A DNA stretch of 41,694 nt. It comes from an uncultured Candidatus Saccharibacteria bacterium. GTDB lineage: Bacteria; Patescibacteriota; Minisyncoccia; Phycocordibacterales; UBA6065. The DNA lies in assembly GCA_964368835.1 (NCBI GenBank), contig CAYJCZ010000005.1, positions 1 through 41,694 on the forward strand, given 5' to 3'. The notes beneath the pieces are model-generated. The model had not been told where the DNA came from, did not search any database, and saw nothing but the letters and a program-made list of their open reading frames with translations. Shown here in pieces: positions 1 through 9,200 of the stretch; the stretch's first letter is position 1, and every line of letters begins with the position of its first letter. The position numbers were made by a program, and so were the translations under genes.

Positions 1-360
1 CTTGAATCCCAAGTGACACAGGAGATTGAGTACAAAGTCGCCATAATTAAACGTCAGCGTTCAGTGACCATAAGCCAAGTTCGTACTGTCGCAAATTTTT
101 GCCCATGGACACCACCACCAGTTGAGATGGCTTGTCTCATTCGAGAAAAGTTTTCGGACTGGGAGATAAATGCAATGGGTCTATCCCTGATCAATATCAT
201 GCACAAACCCATTGTGTCCGGCGGCATTCCTTTGACTCTCTCCGTTTACAGCAATAACGAGTATGAAAACTATATCTGGACCCAACCAGAACTGAATGAT
301 GCGGACCCCGTGGAACAAGGCGTGGGATACGCATATCTGGTTTCAGCAACCCCTGTTTGA
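1..360 (+). CDS. Hypothetical protein, C-terminal part (frame open from the window edge)
   Basis: Frame 1 is open from base 1 to the stop at 358-360 and is followed by a terminator hairpin; no recognisable motif. Confidence 0.55.
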   Translation, partial: LESQVTQEIEYKVAIIKRQRSVTISQVRTVANFCPWTPPPVEMACLIREKFSDWEINAMGLSLINIMHKPIVSGGIPLTLSVYSNNEYENYIWTQPELNDADPVEQGVGYAYLVSATPV

Positions 361-379
361 GTAAGCTCGGTAAAAATTC

Positions 380-410
380 CTGCCCCTTGTGCAAACAAGA
401 GGCAGTTTTT
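380..410 (+). terminator. Intrinsic terminator
   Basis: CTGCCCCTTG/CAAGAGGCAG stem followed by T5. Confidence 0.65.
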
Positions 411-475
411 CATTTGTGAAATAAAAAAACCGCCTGCGAATTACTTCACTAAGCGGCTCGCAATATTATTGCAAT

Positions 476-1114
476 CTATCTACTATCAGATCTCACGGGA
501 TTTTCGATTATCTCTCCATCAATGCTCACCGTAACAACCTGCCAATAATAGAGATCCCCTTGCTTTAAGCCGGTGATGTCGACATGGTCAACATCACCCT
601 TTACAACGAGAGGTTTTTCCATAAGTGCCCTCGTAGAACCGTGGAACACGACCACTGCATCGGGTATTTCCCCACTATCGTCCTCCTTATAGTCCAAGTA
701 CACTCGTATGGTCTTATTGACCGGAGTGTTTTTGCTTGGCGGACCTGTTTTAATGTACGGGTAATTCGACACCTCGTTCCACTCCGTATCGAAAGCTCTG
801 CATGCGAAGTAGTATGTGGTGTTTGGCTGAAGACCAGCCACTGTAAACGTAACGGAAGCAAACGTAACCCCAGGATTATTCACCACTTGAACTATCGTGG
901 CTTGATCATAATTCTTCGCCGTTATTGGAGCGTCGTCGATACGAAGCTCGATCTTTGTTACCGGTGCAGTCCCACTTTTTACCTTGGGCACTGTGCATGT
1001 AAGTACAACCCTCGTGTCAGTCGCTTGTTGCACTGCCAGGTTAACGATTCGATACGTCATCGCATGTGCAGACGTAGCGATAAAAAAGAAGACGGATAAA
1101 TAGACTTTTCTCAT
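476..1114 (-). CDS. Secreted fibronectin type III domain protein
   Basis: Signal peptide ending ATSAHA; two Fn3-like signatures, VAGLQPNTTYYFACRAFD and ITGLKQGDLYYWQVVTV; GGAGG upstream. Confidence 0.75.
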   Translation of the reverse strand: MRKVYLSVFFFIATSAHAMTYRIVNLAVQQATDTRVVLTCTVPKVKSGTAPVTKIELRIDDAPITAKNYDQATIVQVVNNPGVTFASVTFTVAGLQPNTTYYFACRAFDTEWNEVSNYPYIKTGPPSKNTPVNKTIRVYLDYKEDDSGEIPDAVVVFHGSTRALMEKPLVVKGDVDHVDITGLKQGDLYYWQVVTVSIDGEIIENPVRSDSR

Positions 1115-1539
1115 ATCCGCCCTCCTTGTGTTTTACCTATGATCGGGCGTCTCGGAAGACTTGCCAATGCAAAATCCCTCCTTAACTCAAGCCAGGTAAG
1201 CAGCACCTCGTAGGTATCCACTGCTTTCTTGGGCAAGATGATCATTCGGCAAACTACTGTCGCAGACATGGCCGAACCAACGAAATTACTGGCCTTTACC
1301 GAGTACGTGCCGGCGTCTTGAGCCGTCACGTAGCTGACCACACACTCTGCGGTTGTAACACCCGTCTCTACCCCGTCTTTGTACCAGACGAAAGTAATTG
1401 GCGGTGTTCCATCTGATTTTGCGACAAGCTCTAACCTCTCGCCAACCCTGAGTTTGAAGACTTCTTGACCAAAAACTGTCTGCGCGAACGCACACAGGAA
1501 GAAAAATACTGAAAACAATCTAACAATGTGTTGTTTCAT
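1111..1539 (-). CDS. Secreted immunoglobulin (I-set-like) domain protein
   Basis: Signal peptide; GTPPITFVWYKDG and DAGTYSVKASNFVGS match the Ig I-set pattern; ATGA overlap with the Fn3 gene. Confidence 0.75.
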   Translation of the reverse strand: MKQHIVRLFSVFFFLCAFAQTVFGQEVFKLRVGERLELVAKSDGTPPITFVWYKDGVETGVTTAECVVSYVTAQDAGTYSVKASNFVGSAMSATVVCRMIILPKKAVDTYEVLLTWLELRRDFALASLPRRPIIGKTQGGRI

Positions 1540-1679
1540 TTCTACCGTTATTGTTGTTTCTGTACGTTATTACGAAATACCTCTGTTCGTGTAATACCAC
1601 AAATTTATGAATAAAACAAGAGGAATACGTCCGCAAACGCTTCATATTTCTAGCCTCTAATGCTATCCTATCTTCTATT

Positions 1680-1761
1680 GGGCACGTGGCGGAATTGGTA
1701 TACGCGCCAGTCTTAGGAACTGGTTCCTCACGGATTAAGAGTTCGAGTCTCTTCGTGCCCA
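1680..1761 (+). tRNA. tRNA-Leu(TAG)
   Basis: Acceptor GGGCACG/CGTGCCC; anticodon arm CCAGT-CTTAGGA-ACTGG; variable arm; GTTCGAGT T-loop; CCA not encoded. Confidence 0.95.
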
Positions 1762-1815
1762 CATCATCCTACATTTAAAGGCTCTACAGAGCGCTTTTAT
1801 TTTGGTTGGCTCTAC

Positions 1816-1843
1816 TTGACTTTTACTACAAATGTAGTATAAT
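1816..1843 (+). promoter_or_regulatory. Sigma70-type promoter with an internal palindrome
   Basis: TTGACT-16 nt-TATAAT; TACTACA-AA-TGTAGTA at 1824-1839. Confidence 0.65.
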
Positions 1844-1917
1844 TGATTACAGAACGGTAGAAGGAAGAACCCTGTTCTTCCCCGTACTTTGAAACTCAAC
1901 ATTCAACCACAGAAAAT

Positions 1918-3096
1918 ATGATACTCGTAATATTAATTGCATTGTGCCTAGTCGCAACCATATGGTTCTGGATCGGCATTGTCTATCAGCTTGCAAAGTC
2001 TGATAGATGGCTGACATTCAACAACACCGGCGAAGTAAAATTCGTGGTGGAAGGCGGAAAGATCATCAAGGTCATAATGGATGTTCCCGGAATGACTTAC
2101 GATGCCGCTAACGACCTTATTGTTGAAAAGAAGGCGTCGACTAAGGAGTCCACAAACTGGCTCTTTAGAAAGATAGCTGCTAGATACCAAATCAAGGATG
2201 GTTCACAGTCTGGTATTGCTTGGGTGAGCATCTGGTATCCCATAGTTAAAATTCTGACATGGGATTTCCATTGGCTTAAACTTGAACCGACAGATAAGGC
2301 AGAGGCTGGCAAAGACAACATCTTTGACAAGTACAGCATCATCGACAAGCACGATCCCAAGACAAGTTCCCTCTTTTATGAGTACAGCTATCCTGTATTC
2401 ATCAAGGATGTGGAACTCAAGGGAAACTTCACGATTAGCATACTTGTTGTTGTGACACTGACCGTGAGAAAACCGGTGTACCTCATCGGTAATCTCAAGG
2501 GTAAGTTCATGGCTCAACTAACGTCGGAGATTTCGGGTTTAGTGGATAACGGCCTACGGAAGGAAAGTATTGAAACCTGGAGAAAAATGGACAAGGAAGA
2601 CAAAATTGATTCACTACTTCCTCCGAAAAAGCTGATTCTCAATGAGGCTTTTGAAATCCGGCATGCTTCGTATACTGCGTTTGACTACTCAGGCAACACG
2701 GCAAATGTGATCGATGCAATTACTCTTACACAGATCGAATCTGAAAAGGGTGATGCAAAGATCGTTGCAGCAGACAAGGATGCTATAGCTGCAGTAAAGG
2801 ACAAAGAGGCACGGATTACACGCGGGCAAGGTGAAGCGGAAGCGCTTCGTCTCAAGCTCAAAGCAATCCAGGCTTCAGATAATGGTGTTCAACTCTATAT
2901 GGCTGAGCAGCAAGCAAAAGCCATTGAAGAGTTTGGTGGCAGCACATTGGTATTGGGCAGCAGCAACTCAATGGTCTCGGTAGGAAGTGATAATTCGAGA
3001 TCGAGGGGCAAAAGAAACAAACCAGAAACTACAACCAAGGAACCAGAGAAGCCCTCAAAAGCTCCTTCGGATCCCAAAGAATCCAAAAAGCCTTAA
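1918..3096 (+). CDS. Membrane-anchored SPFH/band-7-like protein
   Basis: N-terminal TM helix, central alpha/beta domain, Ala/Glu-rich coiled coil (ARITRGQGEAEALRLKLKAI) and an LVLG motif typical of SPFH proteins; charged tail. Confidence 0.6.
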   Translation: MILVILIALCLVATIWFWIGIVYQLAKSDRWLTFNNTGEVKFVVEGGKIIKVIMDVPGMTYDAANDLIVEKKASTKESTNWLFRKIAARYQIKDGSQSGIAWVSIWYPIVKILTWDFHWLKLEPTDKAEAGKDNIFDKYSIIDKHDPKTSSLFYEYSYPVFIKDVELKGNFTISILVVVTLTVRKPVYLIGNLKGKFMAQLTSEISGLVDNGLRKESIETWRKMDKEDKIDSLLPPKKLILNEAFEIRHASYTAFDYSGNTANVIDAITLTQIESEKGDAKIVAADKDAIAAVKDKEARITRGQGEAEALRLKLKAIQASDNGVQLYMAEQQAKAIEEFGGSTLVLGSSNSMVSVGSDNSRSRGKRNKPETTTKEPEKPSKAPSDPKESKKP

Positions 3097-3108
3097 ACAG
3101 GCACTACT

Positions 3109-3765
3109 ATGGAGACAAATATCCCGGAGACAAGTATTGTGATGCAAGTGCTACTGCCTATCCTGCTTACCTTGGTCGGTATCATGGTAATCTCGGCCGC
3201 AGCATACTTCCTGGCACGTCCCAGGGAAGGCTCATTCGATTGGGAAAAACACCGCGACAAGGTAATTGCCCTCTTGCTCGTCATCGTCGCACTGGCACTC
3301 ATCAATTGGCTGTGCTACACGATCGGCTGGGGTTGGTGGAAAACTGTCTGGACCTCTCACAAGACGCTCTTCTGGTTAACCCAGTGTGCACTTGTAGTTA
3401 ATGTCGGCATCCACCTCTTCAGTGAAAACGGTTTCGCGAAAGGATTTGCGAAACTGCTTATCGTCATCAGTATCCTTGGTTGGTTTACGGTCAACAGCTT
3501 TAGTGTTAGTGACCTGATACCCGACCCGACGCCGAAAGTCGTTGTAAACAAGGTATTGTTGCTTAAGGGTGATGTCAAAGAGTTCCGCCTGGATGATATC
3601 GTGACGATGGATGATTTGCCGACAATCCTTTACAGGGTGAATCGGCAAGGACAGTTCAAAGAACGCAAGTTCGGCGAACCGTGGAATCTTCCACGCCATA
3701 CCAACACGATTGAGTTTCAGGCAGCTCAAGACATTGTGGTTAGAGTACGTGAGTTAAGACGGTAG
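3109..3765 (+). CDS. Hypothetical membrane protein (about 4 TM)
   Basis: Several hydrophobic segments; 12 nt after the SPFH stop; followed by a terminator. Confidence 0.7.
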   Translation: METNIPETSIVMQVLLPILLTLVGIMVISAAAYFLARPREGSFDWEKHRDKVIALLLVIVALALINWLCYTIGWGWWKTVWTSHKTLFWLTQCALVVNVGIHLFSENGFAKGFAKLLIVISILGWFTVNSFSVSDLIPDPTPKVVVNKVLLLKGDVKEFRLDDIVTMDDLPTILYRVNRQGQFKERKFGEPWNLPRHTNTIEFQAAQDIVVRVRELRR

Positions 3766-3772
3766 CACCTTC

Positions 3773-3806
3773 ATAGGGCAGAAACGAAAGTTTCTGCCCT
3801 ATTTTT
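3773..3806 (+). terminator. Intrinsic terminator
   Basis: Perfect 13-bp stem ATAGGGCAGAAAC/GTTTCTGCCCTAT, GAAA loop, T tract. Confidence 0.85.
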
Positions 3807-3827
3807 ATTTCTCTTAATCCCCAAAGC

Positions 3828-3856
3828 AAAAGCCCCGAGAGAGCTCGGGGCTTTTT
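3828..3856. terminator. Bidirectional terminator ending the pilin operon
   Basis: AAAAGCCCCGAG/CTCGGGGCTTTT, 3 nt from the stop at 3859. Confidence 0.8.
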
Positions 3857-3858
3857 AC

Positions 3859-4107
3859 TTAGTTTACCGGGACACCGATTGTGCTTGCTAGCACACGTAT
3901 GATTCCCCACACCGACACCATAATGAATATGCCCACCGTTGACCACAGAATATGATTGCCCCCTGTTTGCCTCTCTCCCGGATCATCAGATTTACGTATA
4001 TACGTAAACACTCCATAGACGAAGTAGACGATCGCAAGAGCAAACAGAAGCTGGACAATCGGATCAACTACAAGTTCAAAGAATTTTTGTACTTGCGGGG
4101 TATTCAT
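3859..4107 (-). CDS. TrbC/VirB2-like pilin (CPR type)
   Basis: Two hydrophobic helices around a charged loop; GIFIMVSVWGII motif shared with neighbours. Confidence 0.7.
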   Translation of the reverse strand: MNTPQVQKFFELVVDPIVQLLFALAIVYFVYGVFTYIRKSDDPGERQTGGNHILWSTVGIFIMVSVWGIIRVLASTIGVPVN

Positions 4108-4114
4108 GCGTCAA

Positions 4115-4480
4115 TTAAAGGTCAACAGTAACGTCTGGAATCTGATTCTCAACGCCTGATGGAACTCCCTGTACAGTACCTCCGAAGAAGGTATTTGTAA
4201 GGATGTTTACAAGTCCCCATACTGAGACCATAACAAAGAGACCGATAACACCGTAGATAATCTTGTCCTTTGCTGCGCTCTTTGCGTCCTCATCACCTGC
4301 CATAACATATCGAGCGATGCCGTAAATGAAGTATACGACTGCAGCCGCGATAATAAGTGGAAGGAGTGTATTTATGAGGTTGTTAATAAACTGAAATACA
4401 TCCTCAAGATTTGAGACCTGTGCAGCCGCCGTAAGTGGAAGCGCGAGCGACAAAGCTCCAATAAAGACTGATTTTTTCAT
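4115..4480 (-). CDS. TrbC/VirB2-like pilin (CPR type)
   Basis: Signal peptide; YVMAGDEDAKSAAKDKIIYGVIGLFVMVSVWGLV. Confidence 0.75.
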   Translation of the reverse strand: MKKSVFIGALSLALPLTAAAQVSNLEDVFQFINNLINTLLPLIIAAAVVYFIYGIARYVMAGDEDAKSAAKDKIIYGVIGLFVMVSVWGLVNILTNTFFGGTVQGVPSGVENQIPDVTVDL

Positions 4481-4607
4481 ACGTAAATGCTAAAACTCTT
4501 AAAATAATACTGCTAAATGCGTTTGCTTCCCTATTATACCAGAAATATAACGATAGATATAGGGTGTGGGGATAATTTCTTCACAGACCTCAACCACAAA
4601 AGATTAC

Positions 4608-5042
4608 CTACGGAGATGTTGGTGGAGTAAATGAAGGTGGGGCAATCGGGGTGTTGGTCAAACTAAACGTCGACTGAATTATTCTCACAAGTCCCCATAC
4701 TGACACCATTACAAAAAGTCCAATAATTCCGTGGTAGATTTTTTGTTTTCCCTCATCGCGCTTTTCCTCACTCTGAATCATCTGGAATGCACCGTACAGG
4801 ACAAATACAACAGCGCCGGCGATAAGAAGTCCAACAACCGCTGAAAGTACCTCAACTATACAATTCACTACACCTTTCAAGCCATTGTTAGAAAGATTGC
4901 TACATTGACCCGTTCCAGTATTCGTAACCATGCCAGTCGGCGGGTTTTGAGCACTCACAACAGAAGGCACAACAAGTGCAAGCAAAAGGCAAAGCATTGC
5001 CCCAAAAACCACCGCTTTACCCAAAACTGATTTAATTTTCAT
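4608..5042 (-). CDS. TrbC/VirB2-like pilin (CPR type)
   Basis: Signal peptide; Cys pair; two TM helices; GLFVMVSVWGLV. Confidence 0.75.
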   Translation of the reverse strand: MKIKSVLGKAVVFGAMLCLLLALVVPSVVSAQNPPTGMVTNTGTGQCSNLSNNGLKGVVNCIVEVLSAVVGLLIAGAVVFVLYGAFQMIQSEEKRDEGKQKIYHGIIGLFVMVSVWGLVRIIQSTFSLTNTPIAPPSFTPPTSP

Positions 5043-5189
5043 ATTATTAATTAATTCTTAATAGCACCTCTGATCAGAGCCTCAAAAGTAGCTTTGTATA
5101 CAGTATATAACAAAAGCCGACTTAACAGCTCGTCTGTTTTCCACGGATTTCATGGCTCAACCAGGCTCTGGTTTAGGTATTTATCACTA

Positions 5190-5218
5190 TTGACAAAATG
5201 CATATTTTGTGCGATACT
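5190..5218 (+). promoter_or_regulatory. Sigma70-type promoter with an internal palindrome
   Basis: TTGACA-17 nt-GATACT with extended -10 TG; ACAAAAT-GCAT-ATTTTGT at 5193-5210. Confidence 0.6.
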
Positions 5219-5287
5219 TAACGTAGTCCTCTTTGAGATACAATTTCTTTTGAAATTGAAATAATAAACCCAAACTGAAAGGTAATC

Positions 5288-6334
5288 ATGAACGCAAAAA
5301 AGCCAGCTAAGTCAGCCACCGCCCCTAAGGCAACGCCCGTTACCCCACCAACACAGACAACGTCGCTCGAACCCCAAGGAAAGCTTGCTCGAGTCTTCAT
5401 CTGGATTCAGACCGGAGTCCACAAGCAAGTCCGCAAGGTTCAAGGCAGCATCACGGCTGCAAAGGAAAGGAGAAAGGCAAAGAAGAATGCTGCGGCAACG
5501 GCGCCGATCGATCTGGTACAGCCCTCACGAGGAATTCATTGGTTTCGGTTCTTTCTTAGTTTTGTCGGCGCCCTTCTTCTCACCCTACTTCTGTGCGAAT
5601 GGATGGGAATGGAGCCTATCAACAGAACGGTCAGTTGGTTCCGTGGCCAAAGCAGTCAAAATCAGGAGAACCTGACGGAACTGCAAAAGCACTTTGTTGA
5701 ACTTGCCCGCGAAGTCGACGTGCTCAAGGGTCTGATCGTAACCCACAGAGACGAAGTCGAGAAAACTCAAAAAGCTATCTCCCTTCGTCAGGACGACATC
5801 GACATTGGTGTCGATTCCGTTATTGGAGAGATCCGTGTGGCACTCAAGAAAGATTCCGACGGAGGCAAAGTGGTAAAAGAGCTCTCTGATCAAGTGGCAA
5901 TGCAAACCGAGGAAATCAAGCAACTGAAGGAGAAAATTTCCGAGAGGAAAGAATACCCTGTAGTTGCTGTGATACCGGCCCCAATACCTGCACTCGTCCC
6001 TGCCCCGACCGCTACACCTCCTGTCCGCATATCTGGACCAAAAGAACAGATTCGCGAACAGGATACAGGCGGCCGAGGACTCTGGGTCGGATATATGTAT
6101 GACCCAGGTGAGACCTCCATGAGATACTCTGTAAAAGAGTTTCTCATGAACCAGGTTGCATGGGATAAGATTCCCGGGGTTGAAGTACAGGCAGTGGAAG
6201 GTGACAAAATCACCGTCATCCACCCGCCCATAACAAACTTCGGTAAAGCGACCCATGTTCAGTTCGTATCGAGAAACCAACCCATGAGAGTTCTCAAGTT
6301 GGAACCACGATACAAGTTGGGTGCAAATCTCTAA
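5288..6334 (+). CDS. Hypothetical single-TM coiled-coil protein
   Basis: One TM helix (about aa 84-105), long heptad-like region, Pro-rich linker; has its own promoter, GAAAGG RBS and terminator. Confidence 0.75.
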   Translation: MNAKKPAKSATAPKATPVTPPTQTTSLEPQGKLARVFIWIQTGVHKQVRKVQGSITAAKERRKAKKNAAATAPIDLVQPSRGIHWFRFFLSFVGALLLTLLLCEWMGMEPINRTVSWFRGQSSQNQENLTELQKHFVELAREVDVLKGLIVTHRDEVEKTQKAISLRQDDIDIGVDSVIGEIRVALKKDSDGGKVVKELSDQVAMQTEEIKQLKEKISERKEYPVVAVIPAPIPALVPAPTATPPVRISGPKEQIREQDTGGRGLWVGYMYDPGETSMRYSVKEFLMNQVAWDKIPGVEVQAVEGDKITVIHPPITNFGKATHVQFVSRNQPMRVLKLEPRYKLGANL

Positions 6335-6365
6335 GTTCTTGTTCTTTGTTTCTTCGGAAGCAAGC

Positions 6366-6396
6366 AAAAGTCCGGCCTCACAGCCGGACTTTTTTT
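6366..6396. terminator. Bidirectional terminator
   Basis: AAAAGTCCGGC/GCCGGACTTTT between convergent genes. Confidence 0.8.
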
Positions 6397-6402
6397 ATTC
6401 AC

Positions 6403-6804
6403 CTATGCTGCTATCTGGGTAATGATTCCCCTTACTACATCTACTATCACCTGAGCGCCAATGATAAGGATTGCTCCAATTACTGTATATTTAAATGTAT
6501 TTTTAGCATCCGTTAATTTGTCTTCACTTCCCTGTGCGGTTACGAATTTGAAGCCCGCAAGAAGGAGGAAAAACGCTATGACAACATAGCTGAGGCTTAC
6601 AACAAAATTAACTATTTTATAGAAAAGATCACTAAGGCTATTTATACTTCCCACAGGATTAGGAATTGAGATTGGAATTTTGGTTGGAACGGTCTGAGCA
6701 GGATTACCAACGGTTGTAGGCAGGGTTTGTGGAGGGTTTTGTGCCAAAACAATCAAAGGACTGATAGCGAGCGTGAGTAAAAATACAAACAAAGCTTTTT
6801 TCAT
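6403..6804 (-). CDS. TrbC/VirB2-like pilin (CPR type)
   Basis: Signal peptide; ISIPNPVG; GFKFVTAQGSEDKLTDAKNTFKYTVIG. Confidence 0.8.
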   Translation of the reverse strand: MKKALFVFLLTLAISPLIVLAQNPPQTLPTTVGNPAQTVPTKIPISIPNPVGSINSLSDLFYKIVNFVVSLSYVVIAFFLLLAGFKFVTAQGSEDKLTDAKNTFKYTVIGAILIIGAQVIVDVVRGIITQIAA

Positions 6805-6811
6805 ATATTTA

Positions 6812-7270
6812 TTATCTTATTGTTGTGGGAACTATGTCTGTCTTTGGAATATCTCCGATCATAGGGCCGAGTAATTTATCGAGCACAGTGTAGACAGTTA
6901 CCCATGCGGCAAAAATCATTATGACTCCAATTATGATTGGCTTGAACATTCTTTTTGCATCTTCGATCAAGTGAGCATCTCCTCCTGCTGTCATGTATTT
7001 AAAGCCCGTGTAGAGAATCATACCTATTACAATAGGTGTAATTAAATAGAGCGCAAACTGAATTATTCGTCGTGCCAAAACCAAAAGATCTGCAAAATCA
7101 CATTCTTTGCCAGTCCGGTTTCCGTTTGCATCAGTCTTTACAACTCCTGTGCATGGTACAAGCTGAAAATCAGGGCTAGCTGGATTTTCCGTCTGAGCAT
7201 ATGAAAAGTTTGGAATTCCGAAAGAAGCTGCGAGAATGATAGCTATTGATGCAAAAAAAACTTTCTTCAT
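6812..7270 (-). CDS. TrbC/VirB2-like pilin (CPR type)
   Basis: Signal peptide; LVPC...ECDF Cys pair; GFKYMTAGGD...AK...IIIG. Confidence 0.8.
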   Translation of the reverse strand: MKKVFFASIAIILAASFGIPNFSYAQTENPASPDFQLVPCTGVVKTDANGNRTGKECDFADLLVLARRIIQFALYLITPIVIGMILYTGFKYMTAGGDAHLIEDAKRMFKPIIIGVIMIFAAWVTVYTVLDKLLGPMIGDIPKTDIVPTTIR

Positions 7271-7271
7271 A

Positions 7272-8567
7272 TTATTTAAGTAGTGAGCCTAATTCAACAC
7301 TTGCTGTAGTCACCGCCTCGCTCACTCTCTGGCGACCAGAGGTGATATTTTCAACGAGTCGCATGAACACAGAGTTAGTCTCTTCTTTGTTTGGATCAAG
7401 CCACGCATTTGAAATAAGCGAGCTTCGATAGAACACTGCCTTATACGCATCCCCCGGAAGCTTGGTCAAAAGATCACGGCGCACAGGTGGATATCCAGAA
7501 GTTTCTACCCACATGGTCTGCGCTTCGGTATTGGTCATGTTTATTGCGGCTGTAAATGCGGCTCCAATATTTCTTGACGACTTGAGGAGTGCTATTGCAT
7601 TCATGCGACCAAACGTCATCTTGCGAATGCTTCCTGAAATGGCAGCTGATGTTTGTGGTACTAACGCAACATCGAAATTAAGATTTGGGTTTGCGTTTCG
7701 AAGCGATGAGAGTTCGCTTGCGTAGCCAAAGTAAAGTGCGAGCTTCCCTGCTATAAACGAATTTTTATCTACAGTTAACGCACGATTCCATGAGTATGAA
7801 CCTTTGACCGGGTTTGAAAATTCAGTAAAGAAAGAGAGAGCCTGCTCTGCAGGAACAAGTCCCGATGCTCTGCTATTGAGCGCGCTTGTATAATACCCCT
7901 GCTCATTCTTTGAAATAATTGGAGTACCAGCTTGGAGTGCAAGAAGTGAAATAAGATCCTTTGAGTGCGTCACGTTGCGCATTTCACCAAACGCTACAAA
8001 GCTTTGAGAAATATTTCCGTTGTCATCCTTCTTTGTAAGCTTTGGAGCAAGAGAGAAGAATTCCGTCCATGATGTTGGCGGTAGTGCGACATCAACAGAA
8101 GCAAGCAAATCTCTGTTCCAATACATAACCATTGGATCGATTGCGAAAGGAAAACCTACAATACCTGTTGGAGACAAGAAGAGTTCACCTTCTTGAATAA
8201 ACGAATCCTTAAACGTCCTCTCTGAGTAATTTTCGTATGGAGTTATATAGTACTTATCAAATTGCTTTACGATAAGATCCTGTGGCAAAAGAATCATATC
8301 AGGACCCGCTCCTCGAGCCAATGCTGCAATCAAGTCATCTTCAAAAGATTCTGATTTCTTTTCTACGTAGCGAACATTAATAACATCTTTCTTTTTAAGA
8401 GAAATATCTGCGAGAAACTTTGAAACATAGTCCGATCGTACTGTTCCCCACATTACAACGACTGGTGCAGTCTGGTCGCCTTTATTTTTAGACATTGCAA
8501 AGACAATAACTCCCGCAATACCAAGCGTAACGAGCAATCCTGTAAATATTAGTTGAAAACGAGTCAT
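7272..8567 (-). CDS. Extracellular solute-binding protein (sugar ABC SBP family 1-like)
   Basis: N-terminal anchor; GAGPDMILL, MYWNRDL, PPTSWTEF and FIAGKLALYFG motifs. Confidence 0.85.
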   Translation of the reverse strand: MTRFQLIFTGLLVTLGIAGVIVFAMSKNKGDQTAPVVVMWGTVRSDYVSKFLADISLKKKDVINVRYVEKKSESFEDDLIAALARGAGPDMILLPQDLIVKQFDKYYITPYENYSERTFKDSFIQEGELFLSPTGIVGFPFAIDPMVMYWNRDLLASVDVALPPTSWTEFFSLAPKLTKKDDNGNISQSFVAFGEMRNVTHSKDLISLLALQAGTPIISKNEQGYYTSALNSRASGLVPAEQALSFFTEFSNPVKGSYSWNRALTVDKNSFIAGKLALYFGYASELSSLRNANPNLNFDVALVPQTSAAISGSIRKMTFGRMNAIALLKSSRNIGAAFTAAINMTNTEAQTMWVETSGYPPVRRDLLTKLPGDAYKAVFYRSSLISNAWLDPNKEETNSVFMRLVENITSGRQRVSEAVTTASVELGSLLK

Positions 8568-8571
8568 ATAC

Positions 8572-9099
8572 TTAGGGCTTGCGGAAAATTATACCATAGT
8601 GATGTTCCCCTGCATGAATCTCTTCCTCAAGTTCAAATCCCGCCGCTTTAACGAGCTTTACGCAGTCATCTTTATACATAACATTGCTTGAGTGTGGCCC
8701 CATGCTAGAAAAAGAACCGGACCAGTCGATTACAAGCAGTCTGCCGCGGGATTTGATAATTCTCTTTGCTTCAGCAAGAAAAGTCTTTTTATCAGTAATC
8801 ATAAAAAGAATGTTTGAAGCGATTGCGAGGTCGCAGAAAGAATCACGAAGCTTTGTGCCTCCCATGGTTTCAAGGTCACCTGAAATGACCTCCATATTAT
8901 GAACATGGTTTTTCTGAGCCTCTTTTTGTAGCCTACCAAGAAGTTCTCTCTGAACATCGATTGCAATAACACGGCCCTTTGGAGCTACAGATTTCGCAGC
9001 CCACATCGCATGGTGACCAGAACCGGTTCCCAAATCAACAACAATCTGTCCATCAACAAGATGGAGCTGCTCAATATTATGACGGGGATCTGAAAACAT
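8572..9099 (-). CDS. Class I SAM-dependent methyltransferase
   Basis: VVDLGTGSG motif I; VIAIDVQ; IIKSRGRLLVIDW. Confidence 0.9.
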   Translation of the reverse strand: MFSDPRHNIEQLHLVDGQIVVDLGTGSGHHAMWAAKSVAPKGRVIAIDVQRELLGRLQKEAQKNHVHNMEVISGDLETMGGTKLRDSFCDLAIASNILFMITDKKTFLAEAKRIIKSRGRLLVIDWSGSFSSMGPHSSNVMYKDDCVKLVKAAGFELEEEIHAGEHHYGIIFRKP

Positions 9100-9128
9100 A
9101 TCCTTATTATAGTGCTTTTAGAGGTTGA

Positions 9129-9156
9129 TTGACAATCGTACTTTGGAAGGTAGGAT
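9129..9156 (+). promoter_or_regulatory. Sigma70-type promoter of cmk
   Basis: TTGACA-16 nt-TAGGAT. Confidence 0.55.
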
Positions 9157-9200
9157 TAGAAGACGGAACAGCCACTCGCAATCAGACCCAGGAGTTTTAC

